From NCBI RefSeq assembly GCF_000315625.1, contig NW_005434577.1, forward strand, positions 222,147 to 286,146: a stretch of DNA of 64,000 bases, written 5' to 3'. Of this stretch, positions 20,437 through 35,797 are shown piece by piece. The notes beneath the pieces are model-generated. The model was given only the letters and a program-made list of their open reading frames with translations, was not told the DNA's origin and did no database searches. Position numbers and translations under genes: made by a program. Source of the DNA: Guillardia theta CCMP2712 (Eukaryota; Protista; Cryptophyta). How positions within the stretch are numbered: the stretch's first letter is position 1; each line of letters starts with the position of its first letter.

Positions 20437-22968
20437 ATGGAGTCAAGAAGGGCGGTCAGCATTACGATGGAGGAGAATCCGAACGCGAATGGCCTCGATG
20501 ATAGCAAGGAGCTCTACTTCGGAGAGCCAGCCATCACTGGCGTCCCCGATGTCCCTGATGTTGCCGATGTCACTCAGACGGAATCGGCTCACCCGAAGCT
20601 GGCAGACATTGACGGTATACACCCCCTCTTCTCCAGGACCATGGGGTCTAGCTTCAAGGGCAAGATCCCGGACCGAACGTCTTTGCAGAGGACCAAGAGC
20701 TTCAAGACGGGTCTCAACCGAACCCTCAGACCGACGTACTCAGATCACGACATCGTGAGCTTCGGTCCCGACAACAGGGAGTTTTTCATCCCTCCCCACC
20801 TCCTTGAACGCGATGTGGACCTTCTGTGCGGGAACCTGCTAGTGAACCTGGGAACAAGGGCGAGGAGCACATATGTGAACTTCTGGTCGAGCTTGTGCGA
20901 GGATGGGATGAAGTTTTCCACCAACGAATCAGCGGAAGCTACAAGAACGCTCAGTATTCATGTAATGTTGCAAACGATCCCGCAGGGTGCTCTGGGATGG
21001 CTGACTTGATTTCAGGACATTGAGTTGGTTTTTGGAAAGAATGGAATCAACTACGACAGATCAGGTTCAGGCCTTTTACAACGAGCAAGGCACGAGGGAA
21101 TCATGGAGGAACTGCAAGACAACGAGTTCGTGATCGAGACGACGAAAGTCGGACTGTTCCAGGTTGCCTGTCCTACGATTCGATCTTGTTGTTTTGAAGG
21201 CGTGCTTGCAGGGTCAGTTGATTCGTTTCAAAGCTCAGACAGCAAAAGAAGCTGACGACTGGCAGTTTTCCATCAGCTGGCTGTTGCTGGCCTCTAGCGA
21301 GATCCTGCAGGAAAGGAAACGGGCGAGCACTATCTCCCGCTTGCGCCTCAAGCTCAAGTGGATCTACATGTCCAACGCTTCTCAGTACCTGTGGGCTGCT
21401 CTGATCTTTGTGAACTTCTTCATCGATGTGATCAGGACGCAAGTGCAGCCTGAAGACGGAACTGCCCTTTTCAGGACGTTCGATCAGTTCGACAGCGCGA
21501 TCTCCCTCATCTTTGCGTTTGAGCTCACGATCAACATCCTGTCCAACTGGTTCTGGGAGTTTGTGTCCGACGGGTGGAACTGGTTCGATACAACCGTCGT
21601 GCTCGTCAGCCTGATCGCAGAGTATGGCTCGTCCTCCAACGGGGTGAACACTCTTCGTCTGCTGAGAGCCTTCAGAGTCTTTCGCCTGTTCAGGCGGTTG
21701 CGATCTATCAGGCAGATCATCGTGTCCTTGAATGCTGCGATTCCAGCAATGACCAACGCGTTTGTGTTGGTGCTGTTGGTGACTTCAATCTACTCCATCC
21801 TCGGGGTTCGTTTCTACGGTACTGTCATGCCTGACTACTTTGACAACTTCGGAATGGTAATTTTCTCCTTTGCTCCTCTCGTGTCCTCCTCCTCAATTTC
21901 CTCACCGCCCTCCCCCTCCCCCTCCCTCCCCCTCCCCCTGCTCCTCCTCACCCTCCTCCTCGCTCTCTCCATCTTCCTATTCCACGCTCCGATGATCCTA
22001 TCCATCATCCTCGAGAGTGTTTGATCGCTGCTCTACTTCCAAGGCTGTTCTATCTTCGCTGACTTGACATGCAGGCGATGTTCACAATGTTTCAGGTCAT
22101 GACAGGCGACGCCTGGTCAGACATTGCCCGGCAGTTGTTCGTCCTCGTTCACAACCCCGTTGCAGTCACCATCTTCTTTGTCAGCTTCCAACTCATCGTC
22201 TCCATGGTGTTGGTACAAGTAGTCATCTGTGTGCTGTTGGAAGAGTTCAGCAAGGCTGCAGAAACTCCGATATCGCATTCTTCCTTCGCAGGGAGCTCGG
22301 ACGTCCTGTCAAAATACCGGCCGTTCCTCCCCATCGTCAATCGGCTGATTCATTGCAACGATCAGCAAGATCTCGATAGGCTGATTTCTGCTCTGTGGTT
22401 CCATGTTGTGGCCAACGGGCTAGAGCAAGAGACACAAAAGGAGGATTTCGTATGCGAGAATGTCAAGTTGAGCAAGCAGGAAGTTCAGGGAGGTCTACTG
22501 AGCCTGGCCTGCCTGCCTCCTCTGTTCCTGACGGACCAGGGATGGGAGGATATCGTGGTGAAGGAGGATCTGTGTGAAGAGGACGACCTGTTGAGTTATG
22601 AAGGCTTCCAACAGATTCTCTACAGCTCCATGAAAGAATATCAGATGCAGCAACTCTCCATGGCCCTCCGGTCCCCAGCTGAGTTCTGGACGCGCGATCA
22701 AATCATCGCATGCATGTTGTCGTTGAAGGGAGTGATGTTGGACCTCTCGTTGGTATCGAGGAGGATGGTAACACGAGACAAGAGCAGCCGGCGATGCTCC
22801 ATGAATGGCGGAGAGGATCTGCTGTTGAACAAGGGCGATCCGTTTGACCTCAGTCACGCTCATGACACCTCCTCCCTCAAGTTTGTCCACTTGTCAAACG
22901 TGCCGAGCGCTTCGAGATTCCGACTTGAGACAGAACGAGCGCTCTCGGGCAAGGAGGTGAAAGATTGA
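20437..22968 (+). CDS. Single-domain (6TM) voltage-gated cation channel, EukCat/NaChBac-like, with N-terminal PH-like region
   Basis: S2 IFAFELTINI, S3 DGWNWFD, S4 LRLLRAFRVFRLFRRLR, pore FDNFGM|AMFTMFQVMTGDAWSD, S6 FFVSFQLIVSMVLVQVVICVLLEEF; upstream RFKAQTAKEADDW resembles the PH C-terminal helix. Confidence 0.85.
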
Positions 22969-23331
22969 AATGCTCCTTTTCCCCTCTCCTCCTCCTCCTC
23001 TTCCACTCCTCCTCTCCTCCTCCTCTCCTCCTTCTACTGCTCCTGCTCCCCCTCACTTCCCCACTTCTTCTCCATGGATTCTTTCCTCCGCCTCCATCCT
23101 CACGTCTCTTGTCAGACTGTTCCCGCCACTCTGTTCTCGTCCCGTGGAAGTCCAACAACCAACGGCGACCATGAAATGGTGAGTCGTATGGGAGGAGGAG
23201 GAGGAGGAGGAGGGACGGAGGGAGGGGACGGAGGAAGGGAAGCAAGGAGCAGCAGCAGCAGCAGGCGGGTGGAGGAGCGAGGATGGGTGGAATTTGATTG
23301 AGTTGTTGATGATGATAGGAGGGAGGTACTG

Positions 23332-25377
<2,046 letters not shown>

Positions 25378-25689
25378 AATGTTTTCGTTGTTGTTCACTG
25401 CGACAGCGACATTTGTTTTTGTCTTTTCGCCTCCTCCTCTACCTCTTCCCTTTTCCCCTTCCACTTCTGTTCATTTCAATTTTTTTCATGATCTGATATC
25501 TCAAGGACTTGTGTTGCTGTAGCCTGACAGGTTCGAAGCATTCACGTTGTCAATCTGTTAAAATGGTCAATCATTACAGATCATTCCAAGTTGCTGGCAT
25601 CTGTCTCTTACAATGTCACGAACTGTCGCAAAATCCTCCCCATCCATGTTCCATGACAACCCCTGCCAGCACATGTCATGACAACAAGA

Positions 25690-27036
25690 AAACATGATCT
25701 GAACAACTTGCTCAGATTGCATTTCTCCCTCCTCACCTTGTTGTGATACGTCTTCACATAATCATTCAGCCCGCGCAACATGTCGCTGTTGGCAGATATC
25801 AGCATCGTCAACAATCACCATGTCTGGTCCCACCGGAACGTCTTTACAAACTCAACATGATCTTCTGCATTTTCGCCCATGGACGTGGACTTGACAATCT
25901 GACGAGAGGATGAGAAAAATGGAAATGAGAGCAGGAAATCACCTTGTCACCGTAGACAGGAATTGAGTTAATCATGTCAGAGATGTAGCCCGAAGGGTTC
26001 ATTGGGACAGAGACCCATGCTGAAGTGAAAGTGAGAGAGGAGAGGAGAGGAGAGGAGAGGGGAGGGGAGGGGAGGGGAGGGGAGGGGAGGGGAGGGGAGG
26101 GGAAGAGTGACGATAGAGAAGGGGAGAGGGAACGAAGGAAAGAAAATCGATGAGGGAAGGAGAGGAGAGAAGGAAAAGAAGTGAAAAGAAATAGAACAAG
26201 ATGAGAGGGAGACAAAAAACACGCAACAAGATGCTGACAGCGGAAAGCGTTCATGGCGATGATTGCCCTGACAGATATGCGGGTATTGAGCAGTTTCGGA
26301 TGAACAAAATGAACGAGTTGCTCTCTCGAACCCCTTTGAACAACTTCACATCATCAAACATGTTCAACATATCATAATCATCGTCAACATCATCATCGTT
26401 CTCGTCGTCGTCATCAAACAACTTGATTGTTAGCACATGTTCTCACCGAGACAGGGCATGCCGGACGACACAAGAGTTAGGTGGTGTCGGTTGTCAGACT
26501 GATAGAGAAGAAGAGAAGTGAGGAGCAGCAGCAGCAGATCGTTTCCTCTCACCTCCATGTCGCATTTCTCTTCGATCTCCATGAGGAATTCTGAGGTATC
26601 GACAAGAAGCTCTCGGATCTCTGACGCGAGACAGTAGTAAGAAGAATTCGGAAGAGAGGGAGGAGGAGGAGGAGGAGGAGGAGGAGGAGGAGGAGGAGGA
26701 GGAGGAGGAGGAGGAGGAGGAAGAGGAGGAGGAGGAGGAGGAGAAGGAGGAGGAGGAGGAGGAGGAGCGAACTTTGCGATAGTTGACAGCCTCGTCGTTG
26801 ATGTGGTCGATAAACTTTCAAGGAATAAGAGTCAGAGGACGAGCTGTGAACTCGACGGTCACGTCATACCCCGAGGGCTTCATTGGTCCCGTGAAGAAGC
26901 TGTTTGAATTCCTGCGAGCGAGGAGATGTCACGATGTATCATATCATGATTGACGTTCATCTTTACATCCTCCATTTCCGGCTGCTGTCCTCTGGAGACT
27001 TGCATCTGTGTTCACAAGATCATCAAACGCCATCTA

Positions 27037-27111
<75 letters not shown>

Positions 27112-27113
27112 AA

Positions 27114-27183
<70 letters not shown>

Positions 27184-27538
27184 GACTTACAAGCATCTCT
27201 CGTTGAGCTCCGAAAGCTTGCGCTACGTATCTCCCCTGTTGTTGTACCTCTCCACCTAACAAAGAACGTGTGAAGATAACAAATTTGTGCATTCGTGCAC
27301 GTCCGTACCTATGGAGTTGACAGCATCGAGAAACGGGACCTGTTTGCAAGAAGAGAAGGGATGAGTGGTGCAGCGTCGGGAACAAACAGAGAAGGAAACG
27401 TCGGAGCCATGAACAACCCTAACTTTCTAGGTAAAAACAAGTGCAAGCTCACAAGATAGTTCGTGATCAAGTCCTCAAACTCCAGGACGGTTTCGCTGCC
27501 ACGAAATTCGTGTAAGAGGATGATTATGCTGATGATAG

Positions 27539-27581
<43 letters not shown>

Positions 27582-28760
27582 AGGGATGATGATGAGGAGG
27601 AGGAGTGGATGAAGAAGTTGAAAGCACAAGAGTTCCGTACCATGGAGCATCATCGTCCTCCTCCTCCTCCTCTTCCTCTTCCTCCTCGTTCTGCAACGAG
27701 ATCACATCAATCAGGAGATCACATCAATCAGGAGATCAAACTCCCGACAAGCTCATGCCCATCTCTCCTCACCTCATCGATCTCATCAATCATCTGTTTG
27801 TCAACATCATCAGACCACCAACACCAACCTCAAACCTCAACAAATTACATCGTAACATGCGTCTTCGTCCAGCTCCATCTGCTTCACCAAGTCTGACAGG
27901 CGGCCGAGAATATTTGCAAACCTGCAGCAAGTTTACGATGAAGAAGCAAGAAAACACAACTGTATTCACTTGTCCGTCATCTTCTCGATCTTTTCCAGTT
28001 GTCCTTTACCAACAAAACCATTCAGCCAGCAATATAACCGAACAACAAAAAGACTCCGAAGGAAACATGTACCAGTGTGAACAGGACAACAAAAAGACAG
28101 CAAAGATTTGTGCAAATGCAAGCAAACTTTTCTGAAAAGTCCTATCTCACCATTTGTCTTGTCTGCAAGCTGATCTTTGATATCTTCTTTGGTGACTTCG
28201 TCTGGAAAACCCTCGTCCTTTCTCACACAATCAGCAAACACACGATGGTTTTTTTCTCATCACTCCAACCTTCCATGTTTGGTAGAACGTTGAGAAGCTG
28301 TTCTTAATGGCATCCACTCGATCGATGATGTGCACAAACGGATCTCCTGAATCATTGATCACAATGCTAAGGCGGAAGAAGAGAAGGAAGAGGAACAGGA
28401 AGAGGAGGTAGAGTGGCGGGGTGTTGGAGGAGGAGGAGGAGGAGGAGGAGGAGGAGGAGCGGGAAGGGGGGAGGGATGAGAGGTGACATGTTCAGACCTT
28501 CCATGAGCGGGTCATCTTCATCATCGAAGGAACCTAAAGTAAGAAACAAGAGTAACAATGAAGCGATCTCGAAATCAAGGAACAGCAGGAGGTAGTGCGA
28601 TCAAGAGCTCGATGGCGTTACCGCCACTGACCTTCCTCAGCCTTCCAACAACCGTCAGTGACTGCACACCGGACGACAACCAATAGAACATTTCACCTGG
28701 TGAGGCGAAGACATCCTTGGACTCGTCAGGACACTTGTTCTAAGAAAGAATGAATGAGTT
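25690..28760 (-). CDS. Unidentified multi-exon gene, boundaries approximate
   Basis: Series of short open segments flanked by minus-strand GT/AG sites and separated by microsatellite introns (e.g. SFFTGPMKPSGYDVTVEF, AWVSVPMNPSGYISDMINSIPVYGDK); no family recognised. Confidence 0.35.
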
Positions 28761-28980
28761 AACAATACCTGCGAATGCCGCTGCCTACATCACGATCTCC
28801 AACATTCTCTTGCCACCCGGGTCCCACATCCTCTCTCTCATCCTCGTCCCTCCCTTTGTATGATCTAGGCTAAATTATGCTTGACGATCTGATTGCCATG
28901 GCCTGACACTCCTCCTTTACCTCAGTCTTTTCCATCTCCATATCCTTCTCCTTCTCCACATACTCCTGCTCATGCTCCTA

Positions 28981-29039
<59 letters not shown>

Positions 29040-29052
29040 TCTCCTGCTCCTG

Positions 29053-29092
<40 letters not shown>

Positions 29093-29159
29093 CCCTGCTC
29101 CTGCTCCTGCTCCTGCTCCTGCCCCTGCCCCTGCCCCTGCTCTTGCTCTTGCTCCTGCC

Positions 29160-29216
<57 letters not shown>

Positions 29217-29648
29217 CATTCATATCGTCATGCTCCGATCATTTGATCGCATACAATTCAATAATTTTGAATTTTATAAATGATTAAATGGTACAGTTTA
29301 AAAACTCTATTTCTACAAGAGTATTGCAAAGCTACGAGAGAATCTTCATTCAAATTCAAATTATTTTATAAATCTATGGATTGTAGTAATTGAGTTATAT
29401 TTTTATTAAGTTTGTACATACCATGTTTTAAAAATATAAGAAAGCTGTGCATACAAGCGTGGAAGAAACGATGTTCAGGAATGGAGGAAGACAGGAGGGA
29501 GGGGGGAGGAGAGAGAAAGAGAGGAGGAGAGGAGAGGAGGAGGAGAGTTAGAAGAACAAGGAGGGCAGCACGCACATCAGGTCAGTACAACGATCCCGTA
29601 CAAGAACAGCCGCTACCGCTTCTGAAGTCTTGGTGACATCCCTCTGCC

Positions 29649-31865
29649 ATGAGTGCCATGAGCTTGTACCTGGCCTCCTGGAACGTTGCTGGCTGGCTGT
29701 CAACAGCAGCAAAGATCCAACAGCATCACGGATCCGTCGAGTCGTGGATGCGGCAGCACAAGTTTGACATACTGTGCTTGCAAGAAGTGAAGACGAGCGA
29801 TCGAGCGCTTGCCGAGAACCCTCACGCTCATGCTGCGGAGCTGGTGGACTACGAGACCTTCTGGGCTCCATGCAGGAAGAGGACCAAGACAGGAGCGAGG
29901 TCGAGCTTCTCGGGAGTAGCAACCTTCTGCAAGAAAGGGCTGTGCTCGCATGCGGACCGGAACGTGTTAGACAAGGGGGGGGAGCTAGACGAGGAGGGCC
30001 GATGCATCATGACTGTCTGCAGGAACATGGCGATCTTCAACGTGTACGTGCCGAACAATGGCGTGTGGAACGTGCAGCTTTCGTTGAAGATCAAGTTCCT
30101 TGCTGCGCTGAGGACGTCAATGAGGAGGATGCGCTCGTTGGGTCTCGATGTCATCCTCTGCGGCGATCTGAACCTGGTCTATAGAGCCTGCGATCAATAC
30201 CCCATGTCCAGGAATGTTGACTTGGAGGCCTGCTTGCGAGCTGGGGAGGATGGGAACGAGGAGGAGGAGGAGGAGGGAGTGAGGGAGATGGTGCAGCAGG
30301 TCAAGGATAACTTGGGCAAGATCGAGGACGCGCTGAAGACAAAGGTGGCGGAGGAGGTGGAGATTTTCATCCCGGCGACGCAGAGGAAGGAGAGGAGGTG
30401 GAGGTTCTTCATCGTTGTGGATGGAGAGAGGAAGGTGAAGCTGGGCAAGCCCATCTCGAAGGAGGAGTCGTTGGGGTATCCGACGTCGTATACGCTGCAA
30501 GCTGGAGGGGTGAAGGAGGAGGAGACGGGAGAATTCATAATCTGCCATCCTCCCATGCATATGAGGCTGGCTGAGCTGAGTGAGCTCATGGAGAAGGTCG
30601 CGGCAGTGTGTTGGAGTGAGGAACAGCTCCACAAGTTGGCCAACTCAAAGTACGTCAAGTCTCGTTCGGCCCCGATCGTGAAGCAGTGGATCCGTTCAGT
30701 GCTTGACGACGACGGTGAAGGGAGTTTTCTGTGTCTCCGGTGGTTCTGATGACGTCAACAGAGATGGTGGACTCGTTCGTAGAATTCCATTCGAAAGCAC
30801 GCTGCCGCTTCACGTGCTGGGACCAGTACACCAACGAGCGATGTAGCAACTTGAGGTTGTGGGGTCGAGAAGTGAAATGGGGTTGCAGATCGCAATGAGG
30901 GGGCGAGGATAGACTATATCCTCGTCGACAAGAAGCTTTTCTCCTCCTCCGCTCGTCGTGGGATTGAGTTGCACTCGCCTAGTCACATGGTCGACCCTAT
31001 GCTGTTCGCTCAACCCCTTCCCCCTGCCTTCTACCATCATCTCCTCGTACAACTCTTCAGCTCCCCACTCCCCACCTTACCCTCTCCTCTTCCTCCTTGT
31101 CTTCCCTCACAGTCTTCGCAGGACCCGTACAGCGCTGAAGCAGCAGCATGGGCGTGCACAGAAGGAGGAAGGTGGGTAGCGGCTCCGTTTGAAGGAGGAG
31201 GGATACAGGACGGCCCCGAGGAGACCTACACCTGCCAGTTCCGAGCTCCGTCTTCAGGGATCCTCTACACGCCTCCTCAGTACAGCGACCACATCGGAGT
31301 ATCTGTCATCCTTGAACTGGGAGAGGAGAAGGAAGACAGGAGGAGGGGAGGGGAGGAGAAGGAGGAGCGGGGGGAGGGAAGGGATGACGGGAGGAAGGAG
31401 GAGGAGGAGGAATTTTGGAAGAATGCGCAGAAGAGCATGAGGGAGACACAGCCGCACAAGACGCAGAGGAAGCTGAAAGATTTCTTCGGGGGGGGCGGGA
31501 GGATCGAAGCCAAGGAAAGAGAAGACGGGCGTTGGGGAGAGGAGGAGGACAAGTTGAAGCGAAAGGCGGCGGAGGCAGAGGAGCAGCAGGACGGAGAGAA
31601 CCCTGTCAAGAAGCATGCAAGGCTCATGCAGAACGAGGAGGAGGAGGAGGAGGAGGAGAAAGATGCGAGAAGAGAAGGTGAAGGAGACGACGGACGAGAC
31701 TCTACCAAGCTCTGCTTGAGCGAGCAGAGGATGCTGGAGCTGAACATGTGCGGGGGAGGGCGCGATGGTCCGGGAAGGAAAGGTAGGAGGAAAGAGAGCG
31801 GGAGGGGGAGAGGGAGCAGCAATGCTTCCCAGAACATTATGAACTTCTTTGTGAAGAAACCATGA
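29649..31865 (+). CDS. ExoIII-family AP endonuclease, APE2-like
   Basis: SWNVAG, LCLQEVK, FSGVATF, LDEEGRCI, NVYVPN, CGDLN, MVDSF..FTCWDQY, GARIDYILVD, YSDH; C-terminal PIP-box QRKLKDFF. Confidence 0.9.
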
Positions 31866-32343
31866 AGTTATGATAGTAAAAGTGTCTGCTCCTGAACAAC
31901 TAGAACTGCTGTGATGATACCCGCGCTCAGTAAAGGGCTGATGAAATCCAGCCTACAAGTTGAGTAACATTGAAAACCTCCAGCTCGCCTTCAGCTGGAG
32001 ACTAGCTGAGAAGTTGGCACCTCGGACTCGGACTCAGATCATGCCGGGTCTCAGCCGGGGCCGAGAACGGCCCGTGGAGAAAGAAAAACTGTTGTAAATG
32101 AAAAAAAGACTCTTCTTTTTTTGCGGCCTCCATGCGGACTGGGCGGAGGGTGTAGTGGAGGACAGAATCTGCCAGGAGCGACACAACAGCACAGCAGCAA
32201 GACAGGAGCATCCCCCAGCGAAGGACAAGAAACTCTCTGCTTCTCTTCTTGCCTACATCGGGCTTTCCTTTGCTCCCTCACCCGAAGGTTTGACGAACCT
32301 CGGAGGAACATCTGAGACAGTCTGATCTCTACAGCTCGTCAGG

Positions 32344-33691
32344 ATGGAGTTGAGATCAGATACCTCCGCTAGGCTATCGTTCTTCATGCTCACCCTGTCA
32401 ACTGTGATATTGGAATGCGGAGGATTTTCAGGGCCCATTGTAAACAGCTTCCCTTACGGGAGAAAACCCGCTCAAGTTCCCTTGGGAGGCGTCAGGAGGC
32501 AAGCTGCAGTGAGGGTTCAGATGAGTTGGAGGCTCCCCAAGGGGTACAGAAGGGAGGATGTAGCTGGAGGAGATATGGACCCTAGCTTCGCCTCCATCCT
32601 TGGGAACCGTCTCGGGATTATCGCTTCTCTCGTCAACAACGGCTCCTGTGTACTGGACGTCGGCACGGACCATGGGTACCTTCCCATCGCCCTGATGAAG
32701 AGCGGGAAAGCATTGAAGGTGATCGCCTCCGACAAGAACATCCTTCCTCTCGACAACGCAAGGCAAAGTTTGGAGCGGATCAACGACGAGGCTCTAGAGC
32801 AGCTCGAGCTCCGGCTCGGGGACGGGCTTGCGGTCTTGTCATGCGGGGAGGTAGACACTGTCACAGTCTCCGGGGTAGGAGGGAAGGTGATCTCAGAAAT
32901 TCTGTTTGGAGCTGAAGGCGATGCTGGAGAGGTAAGAGGTGCGTTCCCTGCGTGCTGGGCTGAGCGTGCAAGGTAGGTCAGTGAGCGGAGGAGAGTACAG
33001 GACTACGGGGTTCGAAGAGTTGTGCTCCAGCCGACTGGAAGCATTTCTACCTTGAGGAAGGACCTGCTGATGAACGGATGGGAGATCGTGGATGAAATCA
33101 TCAACAGCGAGGTACGGTCTGTGTTACAGCACGCTGCGTCACGTCCAGGAAGGTGAACAGGCGTGTCAGGCGGGGTGGATCTACATAACCATGGTAGCCG
33201 AGTGGAGGACCAATGAGAATCAAGGAGAAAACAACATTTCAGCGGAGAGGATGTATGCCCATACCTTTCAGTTGGGAAGCTGCTGCTGACTTTGCGGGTT
33301 GTCAAGGCTGGTTGGCCCTCATCTTTTGAGGAGAGCTTCGAACTCGGCAGCTGAGAAGATCTTGCTGAGGGTAGGAACCATGCTCCTCTACTATCTTTGA
33401 TTACCCTCTCCGCTGTCCTTCCCCTGCTCATCCTCTACAGGAATGGATCAAACATCAGCTGCGGCATTTCAAGTCGAGGAGGGATGGGATGCGCATGTCG
33501 TCGGAGGATGTGTAAGAGCGGGTGTCTATCGCAAGCATGTCTCCTGATACTGTCACAGCGATCAGCTAAAATTGGAAGAGGCCGAAGAGAACGTCAAAAT
33601 CCTCTCCCAAGTGCTGGGGGTCATGGAAGGGCCTGAAAACGGCATTCAAGCAGTCAATGACTGCAGTAGCAGTTTACATCTTTCCTCATGA
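32344..33691 (+). CDS. trmK: tRNA (adenine-22 N1)-methyltransferase TrmK-like protein with predicted bipartite plastid presequence
   Basis: RL..IASLV..VLDVGTDHGYLPI..ASD..PL..A..LRLGDGL..VDTVTVSGVGG..I..IL | VVLQP..LR..L..GW.IVDE; N-terminal hydrophobic stretch ending CGG-F. Confidence 0.85.
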
Positions 33692-35186
33692 CGATCATGA
33701 ACCTAGTGTACATTCAAAGAGCAACCAATGTTAACTTCTCCCTCATGGCTGGAGCTTTGCACTCTTGAAGATGTCCTCCTTCAGCCACGTGGCAGCGTAT
33801 GACAAGCTCTGGTTTGCCCCATTGAACCAGCCTGCTGCATACGTTATCCGTTCCTCTTCATATCCTCCTTCAGATCTCACCTGAGTCCGCAAGCAGCTCC
33901 AAGATCGCAAACTCAGCTCCTTGCGTGCTCGGCACTGAACTCGAGCTGTGTTGCAATAGCATGCACAAGGAGAGCATCGACACCACGACTATCGCTGCCT
34001 GCAGACACCATCAACGAACGCAAAGTTTGCCTGCAGAGCATGTTTCTCACCAGCTTTATGTAAGATAGCAGCTTTTGGAGGAAAGACATGACATGGAACT
34101 CAATGACCAACGCCTCGTCCACCTCCTCCCACGCCCCACTGAAGCAGGACATTTTCGTATTTTTGATAATACCACGGATCCGATGCGAATATGGATATCA
34201 ATTCAGCGTTCCTCTAGCTCAAATATATCACAGAGAGTGAGAGCCTGTTGTTTCTTTGTGCGTTCTCGACGTGTGCGATACGGCTTGCTGTGTACACGCG
34301 GTAAGTTGCAATAGCACAAACTGGTATTGCGAAGACCGAAGACGTCTGTCTAGCGCTCAGAAGACAAGAATGTCTGAAGTAGTACTGTCCTTCGAAGTAT
34401 TTCCTGCTGATTCTGCTTGCTGTTCTCTCCTGTCCTCTCTCGATCTTACTCACTGCCTTGCCTTGTCATCCATTCTTGCATCGACCGTCTCAATCGACCC
34501 CTATTTCTGCGCACGATTTGTGAAAGGTTTTGTATGTGTAAAACCATTTACAATCTAAATTATTTTAATTTTCAAATTTTGCAGTAGTTTTCAATTTATT
34601 CTTATATATATTCCAAATTATAGCTACAAATTTTGCATTTATCTAAGGAGAAGGTTTAGTTCGAGAACCCGTCCTCCTAGGAGACCGGCATACGTTTCAG
34701 ATTCTATTGACATCAAAAGCCATTTCAATAGAATATCCTCAAAATTGAGTAAATCAATTTATTTCATATAAAAAACTGGGTCGTTCGTAGAAAAATATTG
34801 TTTCATCATAAATGTCTATGGAGAGATATAGAAGATCCTCGCGGTATCTGCCTGGGGTTCTCCCAAAATTCTTGATTCTCAACTGGTGGGTCATAGAAAA
34901 AAAGAGTGATAGAGAGGGGTGGGTGTTTCTATGACCCCCTCATTGCACTAGTCTCGTAGGGGTTATACAGGACTCAAAAAGGACAAGGGGTTGTGAATGA
35001 AAATGGGTAGGGTCATCAAAGGGGAGGGTGGGCATTACATGATTTGTTGTAAGGGGTAGGGTCTTTACGGTAGGAGGGATCGCTATGCCGGCTAGAGGAG
35101 AGAAGAAGACGCGGAGCCATGCACGAGGAGGAGGAGGACGAGAGTAGCAGAGAAGGACCAGGGGAAGAAGCAAGAGCAGGATCAGG

Positions 35187-35256
<70 letters not shown>

Positions 35257-35797
35257 TCAGGAGCAGGAGAAAGAGCAGGAGAAGGAAAGTAGGTGGATGT
35301 TTGGTGTTATCCAAGACAAATGATGCGAAAAATATGACCAAGGTAGTATAAAGATTTGGATGTGCACAAGATTGAGAGGTGACTGGAAAACTGTACAAGT
35401 GTTACCGACCTAAGGGGAAAAATCAACATACGAGACGGAGTAGAGTTAAAAGGCAGTGTCAGATCATGAGCAGTGAGGTTCAGAAATGGTGCGGTGTAAA
35501 CGATGTACGCAGAGTAGATTCATGATCAAGATAAGAAAGTCAGAAAGTTTGGAGGGCATAAACAAGGCTCGAGTGTTGCTACCTAAGAAGGGAGAATGAC
35601 ACTGGAAATGACTTTGGGAGAGGTTCGGCAGAGGTTGTCGATAACGCTATGGTGTGTGTATCTTCCCTTCGTGTGCCGCAAACAGTTCAAGACTGAGATA
35701 GAAGAGTGCACAGAGTATGCTTTAAGTCCAGCCGGTGACTTCATGCATCAGGAGAAGAAATTGAAGCAGCGTCGAGGAGCATTGCAACGGGAGAGTT

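Noticed and set aside
33730-34480. Possible small minus-strand gene
   Set aside because: Splice-like signals are present, but I could not build a consistent reading frame or recognise a product
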